Source of the DNA: Thecamonas trahens ATCC 50062
Taxonomy: Eukaryota; Protista; Apusomonadida
Direction: 5' to 3'
DNA: 64,000 nucleotides
Assembly (NCBI RefSeq): GCF_000142905.1
Contig: NW_013657621.1
Coordinates: 81,021 to 145,020, forward strand
Of this stretch, positions 32,620-43,518 are shown one piece after another. Position 1 is the stretch's first letter, and every line of letters starts with the position of its first letter. The notes beneath the pieces were generated by a model. That model saw only the letters and a program-made list of their open reading frames with translations, did not search any database and was not told the DNA's origin. Made by a program: the position numbers and the translations under genes.

Positions 32620-35358
32620 ATGTCCACAGACCACTGGACGGACGACGCAGCAGTGAGCGAGTGTCTTCGGTGTGTGCGAGTGTTCTCGACGTTCCGGCGG
32701 CGTCACCACTGTCGGCTCTGCGGCGGAGTCTTCTGCCACGAATGCTCGGCGTCCAAGGCACCGCTGCCGTCGCTGGGACACTCCTCGCCTGTGCGGACGT
32801 GTCTCACCTGTGCCTTCCTTGTCTTTACCATTGATAGCTCTGCTGCTGATGTCAAATCGGCTGCTCTTGTACTTCCATCGCCCGCTATGGCATCGTCCTC
32901 TGCTCCGTCTCCGCCTCAAGCTCTCATCGAATTGGCAAATGGCGACGAGCCGAGCCCAGATCACCTCGCTGATCTTCTCCTCGCCACCACGGCAGTCCCT
33001 CTCTACTGCGCGGTGTACGGGAAGATCGGTGGCATTGCTCACGCTGTTGGGCTACTCCTCCGTCCGCACTCGCCCGAGGTCGTCGTGACTGTCGCCTGTC
33101 TCGCCCTCGCCCGCCTCGCCCGATTCGAGGTCTTTAAGGTCCTCATGTCCGCCCATGCCCCGCTCCTTCACCCGGGCCTCGTCGCTCTGCTCGACTCGCG
33201 GTCACCGGCTGTTGTCCACGCTGCCTCGCTCACTCTTGCCGAGCTCTGCGCCTGCTCCACCTCGACTCGGGCTGCGCTCGGCGCAGACGGTGCCCTCCAT
33301 GCGATCTTTGCCCACATCGACGCTGCTGTCTCTGCTGCCGAGCGCGCACTCGCGTCGTCGGCCGTCGCCACAGCCGCGGCTGTCTTTGCGCGCGCTGCGT
33401 CGCTCTTTCGTGCCGCCGCGCAGCTTCTCCTCGCTCGCGAGAACAGGGTCCTCCTTTTTGACGCGCTCCTCGCCTCGCTCGACGGCACTCCTCATCATCC
33501 GTCTTCGCTCTCGGTCGACACACTCACGTCGCTGTTCGAGGTGGCCAGCGGCATCAACCACGCCCTGCTCTCGACGAGCTCCTCCCCGACCTGGGCTGCC
33601 AAGCTCGCGCCGCCCGACGCCGAGGCCCTGCCGGCTGCTCTTTACGCGCTCACCTCGCTTGTGGCGGCGCTTGCCGAGGGAGTTGGCTCGATCACGGACA
33701 CCGGTAACGACGCCCTTGTCACACTCCTCTTTGAGCTTCCCGTAGCGCACTTTCTCCTCCAGGCAATCGCGCTCTTTGCCTCGCCTCTCGCCTCGCTTGC
33801 CGACCGGGCCACCGCATCCGAGTTCTCCTCACTCGCCGATCGGCTCGCCACTGTCTCTCCTTTCACGCTCGCGCTTGACGCGGCAGCCAGAGGACGCGGG
33901 ACGTCGGCTCTCACCTCTCCGCCTGCCCTCCCTCCCGCAACGGCCGCAGGCCTTCTCGGTGCAACGCACAAGCCTGCGGCGCCGTCGTTGTCGATGCCGA
34001 TTGTGTCGATCTCTGTGGAGGGCTCGCGGATGGCAGTCCACGCGCTCGCGCTCCTCGCGCGCTTCCCTCTTTTTGCAGACTGGATGGCGCTCCTTGCGAC
34101 GCCGCCGTCCGGGACCGGGCGCAAGACCTCGTCCGGCACGCTCCTCCTCTACGCCCTCCGCGATGTGCTGTCGGCACCGGCGCTCGCCGACGAGGCGTAC
34201 TGCGTCGGGCAGGTCCTGTCGGTTGTCGGCCTCGCCGCGGCGCACAAGTCGTCGCTCATGCTCGCCTCGCTCTTTCCGCACCTCATCCACCTCCTCGGCT
34301 CGCCTGCGTCGAATCCGTGCGTGGCCGGGGCGGCCGCCGGAACCCTCATCGCCATTGCACAAGCGGAGGGCACCGATGTTGTGGCCTCGCTGCTTGAGGA
34401 CGACCTTGACGCCATCCACGGGCTCCTTGCCTCGCGGCACGCCGGGCTCCACGGGTACGGGGTCGGGCTGGTCATTGTTGTGGCCGAGACGGAGGCTGGG
34501 CGGATTGCGCTCGGGCGGTCGCCGTGCCTCCGGGCGCTGATGGGCATGGTGGTGCCGGGTGCCGATGCGCAGAACCTGGTTCTTGTCTGTCTCGCGGTTG
34601 GCCTTCTCTCGCTCAATCTCACCAACGCGATACGGATGGTGGCCGGCGGCCTCCTCTCGCCGCTTGTTGCGCTGGCGACCTCGTCGGCGTCGCGCGACAT
34701 GCGGCTCCAGTTCCTCGCCTCGTGGGTCCTTGTCTCCCTTCTCGCACACGCAACGTCGGCGTCGAACAAGGCCGCCCACGATGCGGCGGGGACAGCAGCA
34801 GTCATTGCCAGCGTCTCGTCTGAGTGGCGCGAGCTCGTCTCCTCCATTGTTGACGATGCGCGAGCCACTGGGTTGCTGCCGCAGCTCCCGGCCGGGTGCG
34901 AGGTGTGGCGGTCCGAGGCCCACTTTCCGGTCCATCACCTCACGCGGCTTTCGCAGGCGAGCCCCGACCTTGAGGTGCGGACTTGGCTAGCATGGGCACT
35001 CTCGTGGCTCTCGTTCCAGGACGACTACCACGGCCCGTTTGCGTCTTCGCTCCTTCGGACCATCCACATTCTCGGCGAGACCGAGTCGCGGCACGTCCAG
35101 TCGGGCGTGGCCGTCACGCTCTACAACATGTGCCGATCGCTCTCGCCTGATCTCCACGCGGCACTTGTGGCGGACCCGCGAATTGTGCCGCTTCTGGAGA
35201 AGCTTGCTGGCTCGCACTATCAGGACACGAGGGATCTCGCGCAAGACGCACTCTCGGCACTCCGCGAGGCCGAGGCGGAGGGCACTGCCTCTGCGTCTGC
35301 ACCCTCTATCCCCCCTCCTACCGGGCATCTTGTCGTGCCCGGCCAGGCAGCAAGTTGA
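32620..35358 (+). CDS. FYVE zinc finger + armadillo-like repeat protein
   Basis: 'WTDD...CLRC...FSTFRRRHHCRLCGGVFCHECS...VRTCLTC' gives WxxD, R(R/K)HHCR and a RVC-like motif. The remainder is Ala/Leu helical repeats. Confidence 0.88.
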   Translation: MSTDHWTDDAAVSECLRCVRVFSTFRRRHHCRLCGGVFCHECSASKAPLPSLGHSSPVRTCLTCAFLVFTIDSSAADVKSAALVLPSPAMASSSAPSPPQALIELANGDEPSPDHLADLLLATTAVPLYCAVYGKIGGIAHAVGLLLRPHSPEVVVTVACLALARLARFEVFKVLMSAHAPLLHPGLVALLDSRSPAVVHAASLTLAELCACSTSTRAALGADGALHAIFAHIDAAVSAAERALASSAVATAAAVFARAASLFRAAAQLLLARENRVLLFDALLASLDGTPHHPSSLSVDTLTSLFEVASGINHALLSTSSSPTWAAKLAPPDAEALPAALYALTSLVAALAEGVGSITDTGNDALVTLLFELPVAHFLLQAIALFASPLASLADRATASEFSSLADRLATVSPFTLALDAAARGRGTSALTSPPALPPATAAGLLGATHKPAAPSLSMPIVSISVEGSRMAVHALALLARFPLFADWMALLATPPSGTGRKTSSGTLLLYALRDVLSAPALADEAYCVGQVLSVVGLAAAHKSSLMLASLFPHLIHLLGSPASNPCVAGAAAGTLIAIAQAEGTDVVASLLEDDLDAIHGLLASRHAGLHGYGVGLVIVVAETEAGRIALGRSPCLRALMGMVVPGADAQNLVLVCLAVGLLSLNLTNAIRMVAGGLLSPLVALATSSASRDMRLQFLASWVLVSLLAHATSASNKAAHDAAGTAAVIASVSSEWRELVSSIVDDARATGLLPQLPAGCEVWRSEAHFPVHHLTRLSQASPDLEVRTWLAWALSWLSFQDDYHGPFASSLLRTIHILGETESRHVQSGVAVTLYNMCRSLSPDLHAALVADPRIVPLLEKLAGSHYQDTRDLAQDALSALREAEAEGTASASAPSIPPPTGHLVVPGQAAS

Positions 35359-35380
35359 GCTCCAACTACGTCGCGGTTTA

Positions 35381-36862
35381 CTACGCCTCGTCAGTCAGGG
35401 TTGACACCTGGCGCCACTCGCCGTCGAGGTCCTCCTTCCACAGCGTGACGGCACCGTCAGCGCCGGCGACGGCCAGAATGTTGCCGGTGAGCGAGAAGGA
35501 GACGGACCACGGGGTCTCGGTCAGCTGGGCAATGACGGTCTTGCTCCAGTGCGGCTCAGAGCCGCGCGACCAGACGACGACCTCGCCGTCCTGGCCGGCC
35601 GAGGCAATGGTGGAGGTGGGCAGGCCGACGTTGGGGGCCCAGGCGACGGACCGGACCCACTCGGTGTGGTGGGCGAGCTCTGCATCCTGCAGCCAGCGCG
35701 ACTCTTGAGTCGAGTACCGCCAGATGCGGACCATGTTGTCGCAGCCACCCGAGACAAGGCGCTGGCACAGAGCAGCAGAGCCGTCGTCGGCCTTGCCTGC
35801 GCTCGTCAGAGCGCCCTCGGGCAGGGCCGGGGCCCACGAGACCGAGTTGACGCCGACCCGGTGCGCGTCCTTCACAACGGTCACCGTCCAGTCGGTCGCT
35901 TCTGTCTTGGAGATGATGGAGAGCGAGCCGTCGGATGAGCCGGCAGCAAGCACAAGGCCGAACTCGTGCGGCGCCCACGCGATGGTGTTGACCGAGCCTG
36001 CAGCCTCGCTAAACTCATAGACCACGACCCACGAGCCGGCGGTCTCCTCCTTCCACACCAGCACCTTCTTGTCGTACGAGCACGAGGCAAGCATGGAGCC
36101 GAACATCGGGTGGGCCCACGCCACCGCCCACACAGGCGCCGAGTGTCTGTCCTCCCCACACACGAGTCGAGTCCATTGATGGGGAAGACGTGCAGTATGA
36201 ATGCCAGTACGATTGCCAGACAATGACGAGTACGGTGGCGAGTACGACGGCAGCGGCGAGAGGGCGCGACAGCCACGACCAATACGACCAATACGACCAA
36301 TACGACCAATACGACCAATACGCAACAGTGAGTAGACCTGAAGGAGGCCAGCAGCGACCGATGACCACCACCACGTCAGCACATGGAGAGCCATTGACCC
36401 ATAACAGAAGCCACGATGACGGACATATATACCCATTCCCCCCATTCTCCCCTCCGTCCCCCCCGCCCCCCCCCCTCCTCCACCACTCTCCACTNNNNNN
36501 NNNNNNNNNNNNNNNNNNNNNNNNNNNNNNNNNNNNNNNNNNNNNNNNNNNNNNNNNNNNNNNNNNNNNNNNNNNNNNNNNNNNNNNNNNNNNNCGTACG
36601 TCCGTCGGTCGTTCGTTCGGTCGGTCGGTCGGTCGGTCGTCCCCGTCCCCCCCTCCCCCCCCGCCCCCCCCCTCCCCCCTCCCCCCTCCTCTCTCTGGAC
36701 GTACCCGTTCAGGACGGCCGGCTGGCCCTTGGCCTCACCCACCATGTCAAAGACCTTGACAGTGGTGTCAGAAGAGGCAGTGGCAAGGCGCTTGCCGTAG
36801 TAATCAAGCTGCGCATCGTGGACCATGTCCTCATGTCCTGTCTCAATGCCCTGTGCCGCCAT
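35381..36862 (-). CDS. SEC13: Protein transport protein Sec13; exons 36862-36705 and 36146-35381
   Basis: Motifs '[23 protein letters not shown]', '[17 protein letters not shown]' and '[14 protein letters not shown]'. GTACGT...gacAG intron in phase 2. Confidence 0.96.
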   Translation of the reverse strand: MAAQGIETGHEDMVHDAQLDYYGKRLATASSDTTVKVFDMVGEAKGQPAVLNGYVQREEGGGGRGGAGGEGGTGTTDRPTDRTNDRRTYXXXXXXXXXXXXXXXXXXXXXXXXXXXXXXXXXXVESGGGGGGAGGTEGRMGGMGIYVRHRGFCYGSMALHVLTWWWSSVAAGLLQVYSLLRIGRIGRIGRIGRIGRGCRALSPLPSYSPPYSSLSGNRTGIHTARLPHQWTRLVCGEDRHSAPVWAVAWAHPMFGSMLASCSYDKKVLVWKEETAGSWVVVYEFSEAAGSVNTIAWAPHEFGLVLAAGSSDGSLSIISKTEATDWTVTVVKDAHRVGVNSVSWAPALPEGALTSAGKADDGSAALCQRLVSGGCDNMVRIWRYSTQESRWLQDAELAHHTEWVRSVAWAPNVGLPTSTIASAGQDGEVVVWSRGSEPHWSKTVIAQLTETPWSVSFSLTGNILAVAGADGAVTLWKEDLDGEWRQVSTLTDEA

Positions 36863-37074
36863 CTGTCTGTCTAATCTGCCCAAACGATTGCCAACGATGA
36901 CGACAAGTGGTCCTCCCTCGCAACGTCACCTCGGTATGAAAGGCCGGTAGGCCATGCCGAGGACGGTCCGACTCGCAGACTCTTACCGTTTGTCTCCTCA
37001 TTCCCTGCACTCTTGGTCTACTGACTTTATTCACCTCAATCATTGCATGATCGATCCCCGCCTCTGTTTGGTGA

Positions 37075-37445
37075 TGGCTCGGTTGGGGTGGGGATGGCTC
37101 GGTCGGCGTGATCGGTTGGCGTGGGGATGGCTCGGTTGGCGTGGGGATGGCTCGGTCGGCGTGATCGGTTGGCGTGGGGATGGCTCGGTTGGCGTGGGGA
37201 TGGCTCGGTCGGCGTGATCGGTTGGCGTGGGGATGGCTCGGTTGGCGTGATCGGTTGGCGTGGGGATGGCTCGGTTGGCGTGAGAATGGCTCGGTCGGCG
37301 TGATCGGTTGGCGTGGGGATGGTTCGGTTGGCATGAGGATGGCTCGGTTGGCGTGGGGATGGCTCGGTCGGCGTGATCGGTTGGCGTGGGGATGGCTCGG
37401 TTGGCGTGAGAATGGCTCGGTCGGCGTGGTCGGTCGGCGTGGGGC
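37075..37445. repeat. Compound minisatellite built from GGCTCGGTYGGCGTGGGGAT / GATCGGTTGGCGT units
   Basis: Directly visible tandem array between the reductase stop and the Sec13 start. Confidence 0.9.
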
Positions 37446-37447
37446 AT

Positions 37448-38274
37448 TCACCACACGCCCGGGATCAGGCGCGCCTTGCCGACGATCGCATCCTGGCCAA
37501 ACTTGGCGACGTACCACTCGGCGGTCGCAGAGGCGGTGACAGCGAGATTGATGACAACAAAGAGCACGCCCGTCGTGAGGGCATGGTGCCATCGGCCGGC
37601 GGCGGCGATGGCGAAGTAGACAATGACCTCGCCTGTGTAGTGCGGGGCGACAAGGCGGGAGAAGGGTGCGCCACGCGGGATGACATACCGCGGACCGGAG
37701 CCAGGTGTCCGTGCACGGGCAAGGGTAGCATGGGCAGAGACTTGAAGAGCCGAGCCAGCGAGAAAGGCGGCGAGAATGGCGGCGCGGGCGGGAGCGAGAG
37801 GCGAGAGGAGCCAGCGGCGGCGACAGCAGCAGATGCGACAGCCATGGGCATGGCGAGGTAGAAGCCCACGCCGGCAGCGAGATGGAAGAGCGAGAGCTTG
37901 CGCGGAGAGTAGACGTGGACGCACCAGGTCTCGATGGCTCGCTGGAGGAGATGAAGCGCAAAGAGGACAACAACGTCAGCAGAAGCGAGTTTGGTCAGAT
38001 CGAGAAGGAGCAGCCCAAAGAGAGCCGCAAGGCCAACGAGGTAGAAGGCGCGCCAGCCAGCAGCGGCCGAGCACGTGTCCATCTCCCACCAAGGCGAGCG
38101 AGCAGGGTGCGGGTGTGGTGATGAGGACGAGGAGGAAGCTGTCTTGACCTTGCCATAGCGGACTGCGTTGTCGAGGAGGGGTAAGAAGGGCTTGACGGCG
38201 TATGCTGCAAGGGAGGCGAGAAAGAAGGCTGTCGAGGCCAAGGCCCATGCCTCGGCAGGCGTTGGCCACGGCAT
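37448..38274 (-). CDS. Polyprenol reductase / steroid 5-alpha-reductase (SRD5A3/DFG10-like); frame break near 37808
   Basis: 'RYGK', 'HLLQRAIET' and 'HLAAGVGFY' are in the upstream ORF. 'YVIPRGAPFSRLVAPHYTGEVIVY', 'NLAVTASATAEWY' and 'ARLIPGVW' are in the -1 ORF. Confidence 0.85.
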
Positions 38275-38382
38275 GAGGGGTGGGCAGGCGTGAGGGAGTG
38301 CTTGTCTGCGGTTGACGGGAGTGGAGAAGCAGAGGCTCGGAGAGAAGTGCAGCGGAGTGAGAGAAGGCGTGTTGTCGGAGTG

Positions 38383-38383
<1 letters not shown>

Positions 38384-38444
<61 letters not shown>
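38384..38444. repeat. (TG)n microsatellite
   Basis: About 30 perfect dinucleotide units. Confidence 0.95.
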
Positions 38445-38447
<3 letters not shown>

Positions 38448-39129
38448 GAGACGACCCTGTGCGCGTTTGCTGTGACGTTTATCGACAGGTCCAGGAGGCG
38501 GGCAGAAGCGGGCAGCAATGAGAGAGTATGCTCCGCACCACACGCTTTAGTCGAGGTGTAAGAGAGGAAGCGTGCCGTATTGAAGCTGTTGATCGAGGCG
38601 CTGTCAGGTGGACGTGGCGAGAACAGGAGCGATCGCCACTGCAGCCTTGATCACACGACGCCATATGAGAGTGGCGATAGCAGAGCAGAGTCACTTTGAG
38701 GAGGTGTGCATCGGAGGAAAGTACAGCGACCATTAAGAGACGGAGCTCTAGCCGAGAAAAGATGGCCAGCAATACGGCGAGAACAAGCCCAGGATCTGAT
38801 CTGGTCGTGATGGGGAACGCCAGAGTCAAGATGCCGAACAAGACAGAGCGTGATCATGGTGCATCCATATGGCCACAAGTATAGCGAGATGTCAGAGCAA
38901 GAAGGATGGAAAGGCGATGTAGTGACTGGCGTGCTGGCTTCGAGCCAACGTAGCCAGCAACAGGTAAGGGTGAGACTCGGCAGGAATGAATGAAAGAATT
39001 GGGAGGAGGGAGGGGGACCAGGGGCGAGTCGGGAGGGAAGGAATGAAAGAAGGAATGCGAGGGTGAGAGACGAGCGAGTTGAGCTCGCGCGGTTTTTCAG
39101 TTTGCGGTCACCACTCCACTCGACCCAAC

Positions 39130-40198
39130 ATGAAGATTATCCAGTCGGCACAGTTTGTGGACATCCCTGAGGGCGGTACGTAGCGGTGGTAGCAGGATAT
39201 AGCGTTAAGAGCGAATGAGAAGAAGGGTATACCCATGTATAGCTATACATAGTCAATGAGTATACCCATGTGGTAGTGTGTGTCGGTGACAATGGCTCTA
39301 TCCCCCTCCCCTCGGTCCGCTCTCCTCGCACCATGTCCTGGTTTCTGATGTCGCCCTTCTGTTTTTGTATGACGGTCGGCCTGCTAGCTACACCGCCACC
39401 ACAGAGCCCACCACTGCCACCACACGCACGCAGAGCATTCTATGACTCTTCTATCTCCTCCTTTGCCTCCTTGTCGTATCCGTACCCTCTCTCTATTGAC
39501 TCTGCTTGCCAGAACAGGTCGCTCGTCGGCCTCCCGTCTCGTCGCCCAACCGAGCCCATCGCCCGCGCCGGCTCCCCCCCTCCCGGCTTAGCCCCCCCCC
39601 TTCCTCCCCCCCTCCCCTGCCAGTCCTACCCACACCCACTCACCCCCCTTTGTCACCTGCTCCGTCTACAGTCACCGTGACGATCAAGTCGCGGAACGTT
39701 ACCGTGACCGGCCCGCGTGGTACCCTCACCCGCCGGTTCAACCACCAGATGCTCGAGATGGAGCTTGTGGAGGGCGGCAAGAAGGTGATGGTTCAGTCGT
39801 GGCACTCGAACCGCAAGAAGCTGGCGTGCATCCGGACGACGGCTTCGCATGTGCAGAACATGATTGTCGGCGTTACCCAGGGCTACCGGTACAAGATGCG
39901 CCTTGTGTACGCTCATTTCCCCATCAACACTTCGATTGTCAAGGACGGCAAGGAGATCGAGATCCGCAACTTCCTCGGCGAGAAGCGGACACGTGTGGTT
40001 CCGATGCGCGAGGGCGTCATCATCAAGCGTGGTGAGGACGTCAAGGACGAGCTCATCCTCGAGGGCAACGACGTCGAGAAGGTCTCGCTCACTTGCTCGG
40101 ACATCTACGGGTCCACCCTCGTGAAGAACAAGGATATCCGCAAGTTCCTTGACGGTGTGTACAAGTCGGAGTCGGGCCCCATCCCCGTTGACGAGTAA
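39130..40198 (+). CDS. RPL9: 60S ribosomal protein L9 (uL6); exons 39130-39175 and 39672-40198
   Basis: 'MKIIQSAQFVDIPEG|VTVTIKSRNVTVTGPRGTL', 'YKMRLVYAHFPIN' and 'KNKDIRKFLDGVY'. GTACGT...tacAG intron in phase 1. Confidence 0.97.
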
Positions 40199-40749
40199 AT
40201 CCCCTCTTCTGCGTCTGCTCCCCCTCTCTTCAATCGCTGTCGTAGCAGAATGAGTTTGGGCAGGGTGAGCAGGTGTAGGACGCAAGGAACAAGGCGTCGG
40301 CCTTGCTTTTCTTGGTGGTCTCTGTCCGTGCGCCACACTCATCTCGGGAGAAGGAGGTCAAGACAGGGTCCGCGGTGGGGATGTGGCATCGACCGGAAGC
40401 AGAAACGAAACATATACTCGGGCATGTATCATGGTAGGTGGGGGGGGGGGCAAAGGGGAGGCGTGAGTGTGTGGCCCGGACTCATCTGTGCGGGCTTTCT
40501 TTTTTTGATTCCGGTTCCGTAGAGCATGGCGCATTGTAGGCTAGGAGAGATAAAGAGAGAAGACGCGGGAAGGGACTAGTTGGGTGCAGTGGCAAGAGCA
40601 CAAAGACAGGGGTGAGGGGCAGCGTACGAGGTAGACGACGTGCAACACGGCGACGGATGCCATAGCCGAAAGCCACCAACGTGGCGGAGGATTGCTCTTT
40701 ATTTTTTTCAGCTGCAACAAGGCGTGGCGAGTCACATCGTATCTTTCTC

Positions 40750-43518
40750 CTACGCGGTGACGGATGCGTAGGACGACCATGGCGACGGATACGTAGCTTC
40801 AACATGGCGGCGGATGCGTAGCTCCAACATGGCGGCGGATGCGTAGCTCCAACATGGCGACGGATGGCGAGCTCCAACATGGCGACGGATGCGTAGCTCC
40901 AACATGGCGGCGGATGCGTAGCTCCAACATGGCGACGGATGCGTAGCTCCAACATGGTGACGGATGGCGAACTCCAACATGGCGACGGATGCGTAGCTCC
41001 AACATGGCGACGGATGCGTAGCTCCAACATGGCGACGGATACAACCACGTGACGACTCAACACACGGCTGCAACTCGACGCGATCCACAACAGCTAGAGC
41101 TACTAAACTCTTCTGGTCTCTGTCACGGTCATATTCAGAGCCAGATGTGGTCCCCGTCTCGGTCCCTGTCTCCATCTCGATGCCTGTCTCCTCGCCCGCC
41201 ACGCCCCTCGCCCGCCGATGCGTCAGCCGCCATCCCACCGCCATGGCAGTCACCGCCACTGCCACCGCCACTGCCATCCCCACCCCGATGATCAACACCA
41301 CTCCAGTCGAGTCCGAGTCCTTATCTTCCACGACCTGTGTCCTCTCTCCGCTACTTTTCCCGCAGCGCCTGTGCACGATGACAGACCGGCCCTCGGCGTT
41401 GGTCACCACGTCCATATCGCCGTCGCTGTCGACGTCAACACCGATCCCCCAGCCGCGGACGTGCGAGAGCTCGACAGCATGCCGCCGCCCACGACCAAAT
41501 GCAACGCCCGCCTCCGTCTCTATCCACTCCAGCGCCATTCCGTTCTTCACATCAAGCACCAGCAGGTCAACATCGCCGTCAGCGTCCATGTCGACCACGC
41601 TGCGGACAACTGCGCCGTCGTCCGCCTCGTGCGCCATCCACACTCCGCCCACCCCGTCGATGTTCTCGGCCCATGAAGCGCCCTGAGGCGATGCTGGCAC
41701 CACGTCCAGATCGCCATCGCCGTCTACGTCCACAACATGCGCCTGAATGACGTCCAGCCCGAGCCCGTCCCCGAGCTCGTCCTTGAGCACCCGCCCCGGC
41801 CCCATCGCCCCGCTGGTTGCCAGCTCGTTGCGGAACCACACAAGGCCGGCAGGCAAGCATGCGGCCACAATGTCGATCGCTCCATCGCCGTCCACGTCGC
41901 CCATCTCAAACTGGAGGCACTCCCCAGCCCAGTCCTGCGTCACGTTACCCACGTTCCGTCCGCCAAACTCGCTCTCTCCGCCACGCCCAAACCAGAATAG
42001 TGTGCCGTCGTTCGAGATGGCCACCAGCTCGCTCATGCCATCGTTGTCCAAGTCGGCGAGCGCCACGTCCTCGATCGCCGCCGCCCCGCTCCAACTGGCC
42101 TCAATGCCATGCTCGTACCATCCGCCGCTGCCGTTGTTCTCAAACCAGAGCGTGGCCCCGGCGATCGTTCCAACCACCAGATCGATGTCGCCGTCGTGGT
42201 CGACGTCGCCGGCCACCACCGCCCGTGTCGGCTCTCTCGTCACCACCACTGCCGCAGCAAAGGCTCCTGTCTCTTCGCCGGTGTTGACAAAGACTTCGAT
42301 GCCCACGTTTGACGCCACCACCAGATCGGGCACTCTGTCGCCGCTCACATCGGCTGCTCGCATCAAGTAGATTATCGCCGACGCCGCCCACGGCCGCACC
42401 GTCTCAGCCGGGCCGAACCCGACGTCCAGGTCTTGGCTCCCGTGGTTTGGCACAAACGAGAGCACCACTCCGTTGTTGACCACCAGATCAATGGCTCCAT
42501 TGCCGTCCATGTCGGCAAGGCCAATCGCTCGGGACTCGACCCGGTTGGTCACCCTCCGCGACTCCCACGCGCTCCCGTTTCTGACCTGGTAGTAGACAGC
42601 TCCGATTGCATCCGACGCCACAAAGTCGTCGCGCCCGTCGCCGTTCACGTCGCCGATCACTGTCGGCCCGTGCGCAAATATGCTTGAAGCCGGAAGCACC
42701 TGGCTGGCACCAAAGACCCCGTCGCCGTTGTTGGCCCAGACAAGTGCGTCACCGTCGTAGACCTTGACCACCGCATCGCCGTCGCCGTCGCCGTCGACGT
42801 CGTACACGTATATCATCGCTCGCGAGTCGAGCTCTGTCGGCACCGCCAGCGTCTGCTGTGCCCATTGCTTGACTGCAGGCCTGCTGTTCTGAAGCACAAC
42901 AAGCCCGGTACTTGTCCGCGCAACGATGTCAACTAGGCTGTCGTTGTCAATATGGGCGGCGATGACATCGCCCGCATCGACCGCTGCGAGTGTGCTCGCC
43001 TCAAACACGCCCGAGCCGTTGTTGGCGAGGAGAGCGATGCCACTGCTTCCGACGACGACGACGTCGTTATCGCCGTCGATATCAACGTCTGCCACTGCCA
43101 TCCGACGGCCGCTTGTTGCGTTCATCGCCTGCTCAACCCAAATCTCGCCATCGCCGTCGACATTCTCCCACCACGCAGTTTCCCCGCCTGCGAGCACAAG
43201 TGCGTCGTGATCACCGTCGCCGTCGACGTCGACAAGGGTCGCGTCCTCGAGATTGGACACAGTTGTGATGGTGGCGCTCTCTGCAAACGTCCCATTACCT
43301 GTGTTCTTGTACACTTTCATCGACCATCTCGCCTGTACCTGCGTCAGCACGACGACGTCGACGTCGCCGTCATTGTCGACGTCGCCGACAAGACCGCCGA
43401 CGATTCTGTCAGTTGTCATGCCACTGATAATCCGCCCGCCACTGCCAGAGAACGGCGAGCACGGGCCAAGCGAGCCATTTGCGTCGCACACAATGGACAC
43501 GGCCGCGATCGCGACCAT
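40750..43518 (-). CDS. FG-GAP/VCBS-repeat type I membrane protein
   Basis: More than 12 'D(V/M)DGDGDxD' repeats, a hydrophobic N-terminus and a TM segment 'VVLIIGVGMAVAVAVAVTAMAVGW' followed by basic residues. The C-terminal end is uncertain. Confidence 0.88.
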   Translation of the reverse strand: MVAIAAVSIVCDANGSLGPCSPFSGSGGRIISGMTTDRIVGGLVGDVDNDGDVDVVVLTQVQARWSMKVYKNTGNGTFAESATITTVSNLEDATLVDVDGDGDHDALVLAGGETAWWENVDGDGEIWVEQAMNATSGRRMAVADVDIDGDNDVVVVGSSGIALLANNGSGVFEASTLAAVDAGDVIAAHIDNDSLVDIVARTSTGLVVLQNSRPAVKQWAQQTLAVPTELDSRAMIYVYDVDGDGDGDAVVKVYDGDALVWANNGDGVFGASQVLPASSIFAHGPTVIGDVNGDGRDDFVASDAIGAVYYQVRNGSAWESRRVTNRVESRAIGLADMDGNGAIDLVVNNGVVLSFVPNHGSQDLDVGFGPAETVRPWAASAIIYLMRAADVSGDRVPDLVVASNVGIEVFVNTGEETGAFAAAVVVTREPTRAVVAGDVDHDGDIDLVVGTIAGATLWFENNGSGGWYEHGIEASWSGAAAIEDVALADLDNDGMSELVAISNDGTLFWFGRGGESEFGGRNVGNVTQDWAGECLQFEMGDVDGDGAIDIVAACLPAGLVWFRNELATSGAMGPGRVLKDELGDGLGLDVIQAHVVDVDGDGDLDVVPASPQGASWAENIDGVGGVWMAHEADDGAVVRSVVDMDADGDVDLLVLDVKNGMALEWIETEAGVAFGRGRRHAVELSHVRGWGIGVDVDSDGDMDVVTNAEGRSVIVHRRCGKSSGERTQVVEDKDSDSTGVVLIIGVGMAVAVAVAVTAMAVGWRLTHRRARGVAGEETGIEMETGTETGTTSGSEYDRDRDQKSLVALAVVDRVELQPCVESSRGCIRRHVGATHPSPCWSYASVAMLEFAIRHHVGATHPSPCWSYASAAMLELRIRRHVGARHPSPCWSYASAAMLELRIRRHVEATYPSPWSSYASVTA
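40762..41040. repeat. 25-bp minisatellite, about 11 copies (GGATGCGTAGCTCCAACATGGCGRC)
   Basis: Period 25 from 40762 to 41036, with no spacers. Confidence 0.93.

Noticed and set aside
11824-36862. Functional cluster of trafficking genes (VPS9, FYVE, Sec13, Sec23-like cpRas)
   Set aside because: The genes are interspersed with unrelated housekeeping genes on both strands, and there is no evidence beyond chance adjacency.
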